Made by a program: the position numbers and the translations under genes. A stretch of DNA of 33,716 bases, from assembly GCA_046292385.1 (NCBI GenBank), contig JBKBRF010000064.1, positions 1 to 33,716 on the forward strand, written 5' to 3'. Each line of letters opens with the position of its first letter. The stretch's first letter is position 1. This DNA is from Armatimonadota bacterium. Its GTDB lineage: Bacteria > Armatimonadota > SYMT01. The notes beneath the pieces were generated by a model. It had not been told where the DNA came from. It searched no databases and worked only from the letters and a program-made list of their open reading frames with translations. This document shows positions 24,554-33,716 of the stretch, piece after piece.

Positions 24554-25960
24554 ATGCTCCTCTCCATCACCACCACGCACCAGCCCGCCACCGACCTGGG
24601 CTATCTGCTACACAAGAACCCGGCCGCCGTGCAGTCGTTCGAGCTGCCGTTCGGGATGGCGCACGTCTTCTATCCGGAGGCGAGCGAGGCGCGCTGCACC
24701 GCGAGCCTGCTGGTGGAGCTGGATCCCGTGGGACTGGTGCGCGACCGGCGTGGACCGTCGGGTGAGGGCGGGCGCTTCGATCAGTATGTCAACGACCGGC
24801 CGTACGCCGCGTCGTCGTTCCTGAGCGTGGCGCTGGCGCGCGTCTTCCGCAGCGCGTTGAAGGGCAGCACCAAGGAGCGCCCGGAGCTGGCGGCGGCCGC
24901 GATTCCGCTGGAGGCGCGGCTGCCGGTGGTGCCGAGCCGCGGCGGAGAGGGGCTGCTCCGCCACCTTTTCGAGCCGCTGGGCTACGAGGTGGAGGCAGAG
25001 CGGCTGCCGCTGGACGAGACGTTCCCGGAGTGGGGCGTGAGCCCGTACTACCGGCTCACCCTGCGGTCGGAGAAGCGACTCTCGGAGCTGCTGACTCACC
25101 TCTACGTGCTGATCCCGGTGCTGGATGACGAGAAGCATTACTGGGTCGGCGACGAGGAGGTGGAGAAGCTGCTGCGTCACGGCGGCGACTGGCTCGGCGC
25201 CCACCCGGCGCGGGAGCTGATCGCGCAGCGGTACCTCAAGCGGCGGCGCAGCCTGGTGCGTGACGCGCTGGAGCGGCTGGTGGAAGAAGAGGCGGCCGAG
25301 CCGGCGGCGGAGGAGCCGAAGCGCGGCTCCGCGGAAGCCGCGGCGGAAGAGACGCTGAGCCTGAACCAGCAGCGGCTGGGCGCGGTGCACGCGGCGCTGC
25401 GCGCCAGCGGGGCGGCGAGCGTGATCGACCTCGGCTGCGGCGAGGGGCGGCTGCTCCGCATCCTGTTCGAGGACCGCCGGTTCGAGCGGATCGTGGGACT
25501 CGACGTCTCCTACCGCACCCTGGAGATGGCGCAGGACAAGCTGCGGCTGGAACAGCTCTCCCCGGCCCGCCGAGCGCGGATCGAGCTGCTGCACGGCTCC
25601 CTGATGTACCGCGACCGCCGCCTGGAGGGCTTCGACGCCGCCGCCGTGGTGGAGGTGGTGGAGCATCTCGACCCGCCCCGGCTGGCCGCCTTCGAGCGGG
25701 TGCTGTTCGAGCTCGCGCGTCCCAGGACGGTCGTGCTCACCACCCCGAACCGGGAGTACAACGTCCGCTGGCCCAGCCTGCCGGCCGGGCGGTTCCGGCA
25801 CGAGGACCACCGCTTCGAGTGGACGCGCGGGGAGTTTCAGGAGTGGGCGCGCGCCCAGGCGGAGCGGTTCGGCTACACGGTTCGCTTCGAGCCGGTGGGG
25901 CCGGACGATCCGGAAGTCGGCCCGCCGACTCAGATGGCGATCTTCGGGAGGGCGGAATGA
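24554..25960 (+). CDS. hen1: 3'-terminal RNA ribose 2'-O-methyltransferase Hen1
   Basis: MLLSITTTHQPATDLGYLLHKNP N-terminus, YVNDRPY, DLGCGEG, EVVEH, TTPNREYN, RHEDHRFEW. Confidence 0.95.
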   Translation: MLLSITTTHQPATDLGYLLHKNPAAVQSFELPFGMAHVFYPEASEARCTASLLVELDPVGLVRDRRGPSGEGGRFDQYVNDRPYAASSFLSVALARVFRSALKGSTKERPELAAAAIPLEARLPVVPSRGGEGLLRHLFEPLGYEVEAERLPLDETFPEWGVSPYYRLTLRSEKRLSELLTHLYVLIPVLDDEKHYWVGDEEVEKLLRHGGDWLGAHPARELIAQRYLKRRRSLVRDALERLVEEEAAEPAAEEPKRGSAEAAAEETLSLNQQRLGAVHAALRASGAASVIDLGCGEGRLLRILFEDRRFERIVGLDVSYRTLEMAQDKLRLEQLSPARRARIELLHGSLMYRDRRLEGFDAAAVVEVVEHLDPPRLAAFERVLFELARPRTVVLTTPNREYNVRWPSLPAGRFRHEDHRFEWTRGEFQEWARAQAERFGYTVRFEPVGPDDPEVGPPTQMAIFGRAE

Positions 25961-28515
25961 CGCTGAACATCCCGGAGCTCTGCCTCGTGGCACTGATCGG
26001 GCCGTCGGGAAGCGGCAAGTCGTCGTTCGCGCGGAAGCACTTCCTGCCGACGGAGGTGATCTCCTCCGACTTCTGCCGCGGTCTCGTCTCGGACGACGAG
26101 AACGACCAGTCCGCAACCGGGGACGCCTTCGACGTGCTGCACTACGTCGCGTCGAAGCGGCTCGCGCGCGGCCGCCTGGCGGTTGTCGACGCCACGAACG
26201 TCCAGCCCGAGGCGCGGAAGTCGCTCCTGGCGCTGGCCAGGGAGCACCACGTGCTGCCGGTCGCCATCGTCCTGAACCTGCCGGAGAGCGTCTGCCGGGA
26301 GCGGAACCGGGAGCGGCCGGACCGCCAGTTCGGCCCGCACGTGCTCCGCAACCAGACGAGCCAGCTCCGCCGCTCGCTGCGCGGCCTGCAGCGGGAAGGC
26401 TTCCGCTACGTCCACGTGCTCTCCTCCCCGGAGGAGGTCGACGCGGTTACGATCGAGCGGACGCGGCTCTGGACCAACCTCCGCCACGAGCGTGGCCCGT
26501 TCGACATCATCGGCGACGTGCACGGCTGCTTCGAAGAGCTGGAGGCGCTGCTGCGGAAGCTCGGCTACGAGGTAGAGGCCCGCGACGGCGGGTGCGCGGT
26601 CCAGCCGCCGGACGGACGCAAGGCAGTCTTCGTCGGCGACCTGGTCGACCGCGGCCCGATGGTTCCGCAGGTCCTTCGCCTGGTGATGGGCATGGTGGCG
26701 GAAGGCACCGCCCTCTGCGTGCCCGGCAACCACGACGTCAAGCTGCTGAAGAAGCTGCGCGGCAAAGACGTGCGCCTCACCCACGGCCTCGCGGAGACGC
26801 TGGAGCAGCTCGAGCGGGAGCCGCCGGAGCTCCACGCGGAGGTGATGCGCTTCATCGACAGCCTGGTGAGCCACTACGTGCTGGATGACGGACGCCTGGT
26901 AGTAGCCCACGCGGGGATGACGGAGGAGCTGCAGGGCCGCGCCTCCGCTCGCGTCCGCGAGTTCGCGCTCTACGGGGAGACGACGGGAGAGACCGACGAG
27001 CTCGGGCTGCCGGTCCGCTGGAACTGGGCGGCGGAGTACCGCGGATCCGCGCGCGTGGTCTACGGACACACGCCGGTCCCGGAGGCCGACTGGCTCAACC
27101 GGACGCTGAACATCGACACCGGCTGCGTCTTCGGCGGCAAGCTGACGGCGCTGCGCTACCCGGAGCTGGAGATGGTCTCCGTCCCGGCGGCGCGCGCGTA
27201 CGCCGAGTCGCCGCGCTGGGCCGCGGAGACCGGTGCCGCGGCGCCGGAGCTCTCCGCGCAGCAGCAGGTCGACGACCTCCTCGACCTGGACGACGTGCGC
27301 GGCAAGCGGATCATCTCCACCGCCCTCCGCGGGCAGGTGACGGTGCGCGAGGAGAACGCGACGGCGGCGCTGGAGGTGATGAGCCGCTTCGCCGCCAATC
27401 CTCGCTGGCTGATCTACCTGCCGCCGACGATGTCGCCCTCCGAGACTTCGCGCGAGCCGGGCCTGCTGGAGCATCCGGCGGAGGCGTTTTCCTACTTCCG
27501 CGCCCACGGCGTGGGGAAGGTGGTGTGCCAGGAGAAGCACATGGGCTCCCGCGCCGTCGTAATCGTCTGCCGCGATGCGGAGACGGCGCTGCGTCGGTTC
27601 GGCGTGCGCGAGGGGGAGACCGGCGCGGTGCTCACCCGCACCGGGCGCCGCTTCTTCGAAGACCGGAAGCTGGAAGAAGCGCTGCTCGCCCTGGTGCGGG
27701 CGCGGGTCGACCACGCCGGCCTGTGGGAAGAGCTGGCGACCGACTGGCTCTGCCTCGACTGCGAGCTGATGCCCTGGTCCGCCAAGGCGCAGGCCCTTCT
27801 CACGCAGCAGTACGCCCCGGTCGGGTCGGCGGGCGCGGCGGCGCTGGAGGCGGCAACCCAGGCCCTGGCGCGGGCACGCGAGCGCGGCGTCGACGTGAGC
27901 GCGGTGGAGGAGCGCTCCGGCGAGCGGCGGAACATGGTGGCGCGCTACCGCCAGGCCTACCGGCGTTACTGCTGGCCGGTCGCGTCGGTCGCCGATCTCA
28001 AGCTCGCGCCGTTCCACCTGCTCGCCTCCGAGGGAGCGGTCCACGTCCAGAAGGACCACCTCTGGCACATGGAGACTCTGGCCCGGCTGGCCCAGGGCGG
28101 CGACGGCCTGGTGCAGGCGACCTCGTACCGGATGGTCGACGTGACCGACAGCGAGTCGCAGGCGGCGGCAGCGCACTGGTGGGAAACGCTGACCGGCTCC
28201 GGCGGCGAGGGGATGGTGGTGAAGCCACTGGAGTTTGTGGCGCGCGGTCCCAAGGGGCTGGTGCAGCCGGCGCTCAAGTGCCGCGGCCGGGAGTACCTGC
28301 GGATCATCTACGGTCCGGAGTACACCGTGCCGGAGAACCTGGACCGCCTGCGCACCCGCGGCTTCCATACCAAGCGGTCGCTGGCGCTGCGGGAGTTCGC
28401 GCTCGGGATCGAGGCGCTGGAGCGCTTCGTGCGGCGAGAGCCGCTGCGGCGGGTGCACGAGTGTGTGTTTGGAGTGCTAGCATTGGAGAGTGAGCCGGTG
28501 GATCCTCGGCTTTGA
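25957..28515 (+). CDS. pnkp: Polynucleotide kinase-phosphatase-ligase Pnkp
   Basis: GPSGSGKS kinase P-loop; GDVHG/GDLVDRG/GNHD phosphoesterase; EKHMGSR, EGMVVKP, KCRGREYLRIIYG ligase motifs; ATGA overlap with hen1. Confidence 0.95.
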   Translation: MTLNIPELCLVALIGPSGSGKSSFARKHFLPTEVISSDFCRGLVSDDENDQSATGDAFDVLHYVASKRLARGRLAVVDATNVQPEARKSLLALAREHHVLPVAIVLNLPESVCRERNRERPDRQFGPHVLRNQTSQLRRSLRGLQREGFRYVHVLSSPEEVDAVTIERTRLWTNLRHERGPFDIIGDVHGCFEELEALLRKLGYEVEARDGGCAVQPPDGRKAVFVGDLVDRGPMVPQVLRLVMGMVAEGTALCVPGNHDVKLLKKLRGKDVRLTHGLAETLEQLEREPPELHAEVMRFIDSLVSHYVLDDGRLVVAHAGMTEELQGRASARVREFALYGETTGETDELGLPVRWNWAAEYRGSARVVYGHTPVPEADWLNRTLNIDTGCVFGGKLTALRYPELEMVSVPAARAYAESPRWAAETGAAAPELSAQQQVDDLLDLDDVRGKRIISTALRGQVTVREENATAALEVMSRFAANPRWLIYLPPTMSPSETSREPGLLEHPAEAFSYFRAHGVGKVVCQEKHMGSRAVVIVCRDAETALRRFGVREGETGAVLTRTGRRFFEDRKLEEALLALVRARVDHAGLWEELATDWLCLDCELMPWSAKAQALLTQQYAPVGSAGAAALEAATQALARARERGVDVSAVEERSGERRNMVARYRQAYRRYCWPVASVADLKLAPFHLLASEGAVHVQKDHLWHMETLARLAQGGDGLVQATSYRMVDVTDSESQAAAAHWWETLTGSGGEGMVVKPLEFVARGPKGLVQPALKCRGREYLRIIYGPEYTVPENLDRLRTRGFHTKRSLALREFALGIEALERFVRREPLRRVHECVFGVLALESEPVDPRL

Positions 28516-29169
28516 TGATGCCGTTCGTTGAATGGCGGGGCCCCGCGAGCATGGCCGTCACTCGTGTGGCGTTGAGTGGGTGTGTGAAGATCTCCTGGGA
28601 GAGTGCGCTCCGGAGAGCTAAAAGCATAGGAGTGAGGCAGCGTCGGCAGCGCGGGACCGACCCCGCGCCCTAGTCGCCCGATTCAGCCCTCCCGCGACGC
28701 GTGGCCTTCCGCGGCCCTTTCACGCTCCGCCTCCGGACGCCGCGGACCGACGCTGTGCGCGGCAACGTAGTGCTGGTGCCGAAGGAAATCGTAGAGGTGA
28801 CGGCTCGGCCGAGGAGCCTGGAGGCGCTGCCAGCGGCAGCGACGGAGGGCTCCCTTGTGACCACCCCTGGCGAGGGGTGGTTGCTTGAGCCGGACGGAGC
28901 GGCCCGTGAGTCGCCGTTACGTTGAGGCCGCAGCTCACGGACGCGGAGCGCAGCCTGACGAAGAGCACGCCCGGACCAGCCCGCTAGCGGAGGCGAAGCC
29001 GGAGCGTGAAAGGGCTGAGGAAGGGCCACACACGCGGGAGGGCCGCTCCGTCCGGTGAGGGCACGGGGTGGACACTCGTGACGAAGCTTTACCCGGTGAG
29101 CGGCTACATGCCCGGTGGCTGCCGGGAGCAGCCGCTCCCGAACGGGTGCAGGAGAGGGGAATCAGGAAG

Positions 29170-30450
29170 ATGCAGGTCAAGCTCGACTACGGCCGTACCG
29201 GCCTAACGGTGACGGTGCCCGACCACAACCTGGAAGGGGTGTTGACCCTCCAGGAAGCGAAGGCCCACTACTGGCCGGAGCGGGGGGTGCGGGACGCCGC
29301 GCGCCAGCCGATCGGCTGCCCGCCGCTGCCGGGCCTGGCGCGCGGGAAGAAGTCGGCCTGTATCGTGATCTCGGACATCACGCGCCCCGTCCCGAACCGC
29401 GCCATCCTGCCGCAGCTCCTGGGGGTGCTGGACGTCAGCGGCGTGCCGCGGGAGGCGACGACGATCCTGGTCGCCACCGGCACGCATCGCCCCTGCACGG
29501 AGGCGGAGCTGCGCGAGATGGTGGGAGAGGAGATCCTGCGCGACTACCACGTGGTGAACCACGACGCCCGCGATCCCGATACCCATCGCTATCTCGGGGA
29601 TACCCCCAAGGGCGTGCCGATGTGGGTCGACACGCGCTTCCTCGACGCGGAGCTGAAGATCTCCGTCGCCCTCATCGAGCCACACTTCATGGCCGGCTTC
29701 TCCGGGGGCCGGAAGAACATCTGCCCCGGGATCTGCGCCATGGAGACGGTGAAGGTGTGGCACGGGCCCCGCTTCATCGGCCACGAGCTGAGCGACAGCG
29801 GCTCCGTAGACGGCAATCCGGTCCACGAAGACGCGCTCTACGTGGCGCTCAAAGCGGGGCTCGACTTCATCTGCGACGTCACGATGGATGAGAACCGCAA
29901 GGTGACCGGCATCTTCGCGGGCGACCCGGAGAAGGCGTGGCTGCGCGGCGTCCAGGCGGCGCGCGAAGCGGCCACGGCGGAAGTATCGCAGCCGGTCGAC
30001 ATCGTCGTCACCACCACCGCCGGGTACCCGCTCGACCTCACCTTCTACCAGGTGGCAAAGGGGATGGTCGGCGCGCTCCCGATCCTGAAGGAGAACGGGA
30101 CGATCGTGATCGCCTCCCGCTGCGAGGAGGGTGTCGGCGGCAAAGAGTTCACGGACACGCTGCTGCGGATCGACGACCTCGACGCCTTCGTAGAGGAGAC
30201 CCGGCAGCCGGGCTTCTTCATCCCGGACCAGTGGGAGATCCACGAGCTGGCGAAGGCCCGCGCCAGGGCGGAGGTGCTGATGTACACCGAAGGCATCCCG
30301 GCAGAGACGCTGGAGCAGTGCTTCGTCAAGCCGGTCCCCTCCGTCGAAGAGGGGATCCGCCAGGCACTCGACAAGCACGGACCGCTGGCGCGCATCGCCG
30401 TCATTCCCAAGGGGCCGTACGTGCTGCCGAGGGTGGCCGGGCAGCAGTAG
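29170..30450 (+). CDS. larA: Nickel-pincer-dependent lactate racemase family protein
   Basis: SDITRP, ATGTH, EPHFMAGFSGGRK, GYPLDLTFYQVAKG motifs; substrate not determinable. Confidence 0.85.
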   Translation: MQVKLDYGRTGLTVTVPDHNLEGVLTLQEAKAHYWPERGVRDAARQPIGCPPLPGLARGKKSACIVISDITRPVPNRAILPQLLGVLDVSGVPREATTILVATGTHRPCTEAELREMVGEEILRDYHVVNHDARDPDTHRYLGDTPKGVPMWVDTRFLDAELKISVALIEPHFMAGFSGGRKNICPGICAMETVKVWHGPRFIGHELSDSGSVDGNPVHEDALYVALKAGLDFICDVTMDENRKVTGIFAGDPEKAWLRGVQAAREAATAEVSQPVDIVVTTTAGYPLDLTFYQVAKGMVGALPILKENGTIVIASRCEEGVGGKEFTDTLLRIDDLDAFVEETRQPGFFIPDQWEIHELAKARARAEVLMYTEGIPAETLEQCFVKPVPSVEEGIRQALDKHGPLARIAVIPKGPYVLPRVAGQQ

Positions 30451-30679
30451 ACCCGCCGACTGCGGGGCGAGCGCTGTTGCAGGTTCGCAGGTTACCAGGT
30501 TGCAAGTTAGGCCGCCGGGGCACGGGTTCGGAACTTTCAACCGACGTCTGGGGGTTTCAGGCTGCAGGCTCCCAGCGCATCGGAGCCGTCTGAGTAACAG
30601 TTAGAAGTAGCCCTTCGCGGACGGCGCACCTCGCTCCCACAGGCTTACACGCTACACCCTAACCGCTACCCCTATCGAA

Positions 30680-31255
30680 ATGATTCTCTCCGACCGCGAT
30701 ATCCGCGCCGCGCTGGAGCGCGGTGAGATCGTCATCGAGCCGATGGAAGACCTGGACGTGCAGGTCCAGCCCTGCTCGGTCGACCTCCGCCTCGGCAACC
30801 GCTTCGTGCTCTTCAAGCACGCGCACAAGCCGTACCTCGACCCCCTCGCCGACGACGCCGCCGACTACACGGAAGTGGTGGAGGTGCCGGACGGCGAGGC
30901 GTTCTTCCTGCACCCGGGCGAGTTCGTGCTAGGCCACACCAAGGAGCGCGTGGCGGTTCCGGACCACCTGCTGGGAAAGGTCGACGGCCGCTCCAGCATC
31001 GGTCGGCTGGCGATTCTGATTCACGCGACCGCCGGCTTCATCGATCCCGGCTTTAAGGGCACCATCACGCTGGAGCTGTCGAACGTCGGCAAGATGCCGG
31101 TGGCCCTTCACCCGAACATGCGGGTCTGCCAGATGAGCTTCGAGCAGCTCAGCAGCCCCGCGGAGCGGCCGTACGGCAGCAGCCGCGGCAGCAAGTACCA
31201 GAACCAGGTAGAGCCGACCCCCAGCCGCATCCACCGCGACACCAGCGGGGAGTAA
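30680..31255 (+). CDS. dcd: dCTP deaminase
   Basis: [48 protein letters not shown]. Confidence 0.95.
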   Translation: MILSDRDIRAALERGEIVIEPMEDLDVQVQPCSVDLRLGNRFVLFKHAHKPYLDPLADDAADYTEVVEVPDGEAFFLHPGEFVLGHTKERVAVPDHLLGKVDGRSSIGRLAILIHATAGFIDPGFKGTITLELSNVGKMPVALHPNMRVCQMSFEQLSSPAERPYGSSRGSKYQNQVEPTPSRIHRDTSGE

Positions 31256-31282
31256 CGCTCGGGGACCGGAGAGGGCCGGGCG

Positions 31283-32152
31283 GTGGAAACCGCGGCAGCC
31301 CCAGCACGGCCTGCTGCTGTGGCCTCCCGGAGCCGAGACGGAGAACGGCCCTTGACCGAAGCAGATACACACGAGCGAGAGGCATGCCGCCGGGCGAAGG
31401 AGCTTGCCCGGCTCTCCCCGGACGAGCTGTACGACGCGACCGACGCACTCGCCGAGGAGCCCGGCTGCGTCTCGCGACTGATACTGCTCGAGCTGCTTGC
31501 GCACCGGAACGCCGACATACGCGCGGCAGCCCTGGATGCGTGCGCGCAGATGAGCGGGACGATGGCGCAGGTGGCGGCGCGGGCAATGTGCGGCGACTCT
31601 TGCTCCGTGAATCGCAGCGAGGCGATCCGGACGCTGGGAGAGTTCGGCAACTCCCAGGACCTGCCCCGCATCGTGCGCGCGCTGGAGGATCCGGAGTGGA
31701 CGGTGCGTTCGCAAGCGGCGGGCACGCTGGCGTGCCTGGATCTCCGCGGCGGGGTCAAGCCGCTCCTACGGGCGTACCGCTCCGAGCGGCATCCGGTGGT
31801 GCGTCGGGACATAGCCGTGGCGCTCGGGATGTTGAGTGCCGTGGAGGCGATTCCACTACTGGAGGCGGCGCTGGCACGTCCGCGCGGAGTGCAGGACCAG
31901 CTCGGCATCCTGCAGGGGCTCTACTGGCTCGGGCAGCGCGAACGGCTACCGGACTGGCTCGCGCTCCTCGGCAGTGAGGACCATCAGATCCGGCACGCCA
32001 CCGTCAACAGCCTCAGCCGTTTGGAGTATCCGGAGGACTGTGCCGCGGCTGCGAAGGCGTTGGAGCTTATCATCGCTGAAGAGGAGAGTCCTGCCACGCG
32101 CCGCGGTGCTGAGCGGGTCCGGGCGGAATTCCTCTCGCTCGCTGAAGAGTGA
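31283..32152 (+). CDS. HEAT-repeat (PBS lyase-like) protein
   Basis: Repeated VR..AA..LG units (ALEDPEWTVRSQAAGTL, HPVVRRDIAVALG); start may be TTG 31352. Confidence 0.8.
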   Translation: METAAAPARPAAVASRSRDGERPLTEADTHEREACRRAKELARLSPDELYDATDALAEEPGCVSRLILLELLAHRNADIRAAALDACAQMSGTMAQVAARAMCGDSCSVNRSEAIRTLGEFGNSQDLPRIVRALEDPEWTVRSQAAGTLACLDLRGGVKPLLRAYRSERHPVVRRDIAVALGMLSAVEAIPLLEAALARPRGVQDQLGILQGLYWLGQRERLPDWLALLGSEDHQIRHATVNSLSRLEYPEDCAAAAKALELIIAEEESPATRRGAERVRAEFLSLAEE

Positions 32153-32880
32153 TGGCGGACGGCCTCGAGAGCTCCGATAGCGGCGAACGGTCTCTCGAAC
32201 GGTATGCCGAAGTCGCTGGTGAGGCGGCAAACCACCGGTGGCCCATCGCAGCGGTGTGTGTGGGGCGCGAGATTGTCTTCCGGCAGGGGGATCGAAGCGC
32301 CAGCATCGCGCGGTGGGGGTGCGGGGCTCTTCTCGCGTTCGCGGTTAGCGTGCTGCTGGCGGAGCTCCAGGGGCTCTTGAGCTCGCCCGCGGGATGGTCG
32401 ATCTACGCCTGTTTACTTGGCATCGGGCTCTTCCTCGCGACGCGGATTCGCAAGATCCAGCCGGTCGAGTATTTCCGACTCGAACCGGATCGCCAGGTGC
32501 TGCTGCTTTCGTCCTGGATGCGCAGCGAAGGATCAGGGGAGCTTCCGTTCTCGGAGTTGGCCGCCGTGGTGGTGAGCTGGGGCTCCGTGGACGACGGGTC
32601 CGAGGCTGTATTGTCTGTGGTCAGGACCGATGGCGCGGTGGCGAGGCTCTTCCCCGGGGGCGGTGGCGACGCCGAGGTGATCGGCGCTGCACGGGTCCTC
32701 GGACAGGTAGCGGGGCTCCCGGTATACGTCGCCGCCAGGGGCAGGGCGATCGAGGACCTGCGCCCGCCGGACACCGGCACGCTGCGGCTGCGGATCGATC
32801 CGCAGCACCTTCCGTTGACGACCGAAACGGTCTACGACCCCGCCGTCTCCAGCCGCACCGCCGTCTCGTCGGCAGAATGA
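32149..32880 (+). CDS. Hypothetical membrane protein (two TM helices)
   Basis: Overlaps the upstream stop (GTGA); two hydrophobic segments then a soluble domain. Confidence 0.65.
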   Translation: MMADGLESSDSGERSLERYAEVAGEAANHRWPIAAVCVGREIVFRQGDRSASIARWGCGALLAFAVSVLLAELQGLLSSPAGWSIYACLLGIGLFLATRIRKIQPVEYFRLEPDRQVLLLSSWMRSEGSGELPFSELAAVVVSWGSVDDGSEAVLSVVRTDGAVARLFPGGGGDAEVIGAARVLGQVAGLPVYVAARGRAIEDLRPPDTGTLRLRIDPQHLPLTTETVYDPAVSSRTAVSSAE

Positions 32881-32884
32881 GCGC

Positions 32885-33451
32885 TCACTCGCCGTTGTAG
32901 AGTTGAACGGAGACCAGGCGGTCCTGGTAGAACCGCAGCTCTAGCTCGTAGTAGAGGACGTAGGGCGTGGTCTCGTAGTCTGTCTCGTAGCGCAGGACGC
33001 GTGCGGCGCCCCGGCGGCGTTCCTGGTCCGGCTTCCCGAGCTGCCGGCGGATCTCTGCGGCCGTGTCGCCCAGCCGGTGCCCGCTCCCGAAGTGCTCATC
33101 CGCCGTCAGCTTAGGGGCGGAGGCACGCTTCAGGGCGGGCTCTCCACTCCCGGCCGGCAGCCGTACGCCGCGGCTGTAGGTAACCGATTCGATGACGCGG
33201 TCCACCCCTGTCGTCACGTGGAGGGTCACCTGCCGGCGCGGGTCGACGTAGTATCGCCCGCCTGCGTGTCCCTCGTCCGCGACGAAGAAGCCATCCCCGT
33301 ACATCCGGCGGACGTCCGGCTCCTTCGACATCCCCACGACGATTCCCGCGCAGTAGAGCGGCAGCTCGCGGCGCGGCGGGGAGCTAAGCCCTCGCGCGGG
33401 GATCAGGCAGAGCACGACCGCCAGCGGCGCATGACGGGACAGAGCGAGCAT
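32885..33451 (-). CDS. Hypothetical exported protein
   Basis: GGAGG RBS, signal-like N-terminus, two related repeats (G....DVRRMYG / GDTAAEIRRQLGKP). Confidence 0.7.
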   Translation of the reverse strand: MLALSRHAPLAVVLCLIPARGLSSPPRRELPLYCAGIVVGMSKEPDVRRMYGDGFFVADEGHAGGRYYVDPRRQVTLHVTTGVDRVIESVTYSRGVRLPAGSGEPALKRASAPKLTADEHFGSGHRLGDTAAEIRRQLGKPDQERRRGAARVLRYETDYETTPYVLYYELELRFYQDRLVSVQLYNGE

Positions 33452-33612
33452 GGCGGGGCCTCCGTGGAGTCAAACCACACCCAGGTGAGTGGCCGCGCGG
33501 TCGCGGTCGGTTCAGCACCGGTACGCCGAGACGACTCACACGCCAGTACGCGGGCGTCCGGAGGACGCGTGGCCGAAGGCCGTCCAGCGAGGTATTTATG
33601 GGAGTCAAGAAA

Positions 33613-33716
33613 TTAACCGGGCTTAAGTAGGCCAACGTAGCGCAGGAGTGCTTCGCTGCCATCCTGGAAGCGGTGCAGGAAGTGGAGGAACCTGCTTCGG
33701 AGCTCCTCCAACTGAT
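33613..33716 (-). CDS. C-terminal fragment of a gene entering from the window end, possibly an IS630-like transposase
   Basis: Manual translation QLEELRSRFLHFLHRFQDGSEALLRYVGLLKPG*, followed at once by an AT-rich 20-mer ending at TA (33593-33594), as for IS630 ends. Confidence 0.4.
   Translation of the reverse strand, partial: QLEELRSRFLHFLHRFQDGSEALLRYVGLLKPG

Overview
GC-rich bacterial chromosomal window that appears to be bounded by insertion sequences at both ends. Positions ~198-10480 are the distal end of a siphovirus-type prophage integrated at the 3' end of a tRNA-Val(TAC) gene (10481-10552, minus strand). It carries a TP901-type tape measure gene interrupted by an IS5-family element and containing an M15-like zinc peptidase domain, a small membrane moron with its own terminator, a distal tail protein, a large tail hub/fibre protein with nested carbohydrate-binding modules, several lower-GC minus-strand accessory genes (RHH protein, orphan receiver, hypotheticals) and a tyrosine integrase. 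No lysis genes are recognisable. The rest is host DNA: LysR divergent from purA; an OsmF/EgtUV-like ABC transporter divergent from ergothioneine genes egtD-egtB, with an unexplained ~215-nt inverted-repeat element between them; an IscA/ErpA carrier, STAS protein, sugar O-acetyltransferase, rhodanese and fold-III PLP enzyme; a lower-GC DUF6338-like membrane protein plus proline-rich peptide pair; a tandem YciI protein; the Hen1-Pnkp RNA repair operon; a LarA-family racemase, dcd, a HEAT-repeat protein and hypotheticals. The best candidates for undescribed biology are the DUF6338/peptide module, the purine-rich repeat/hairpin element in the egt intergenic region and the prophage accessory genes. 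All family assignments come from motif recognition by eye; no searches were run.
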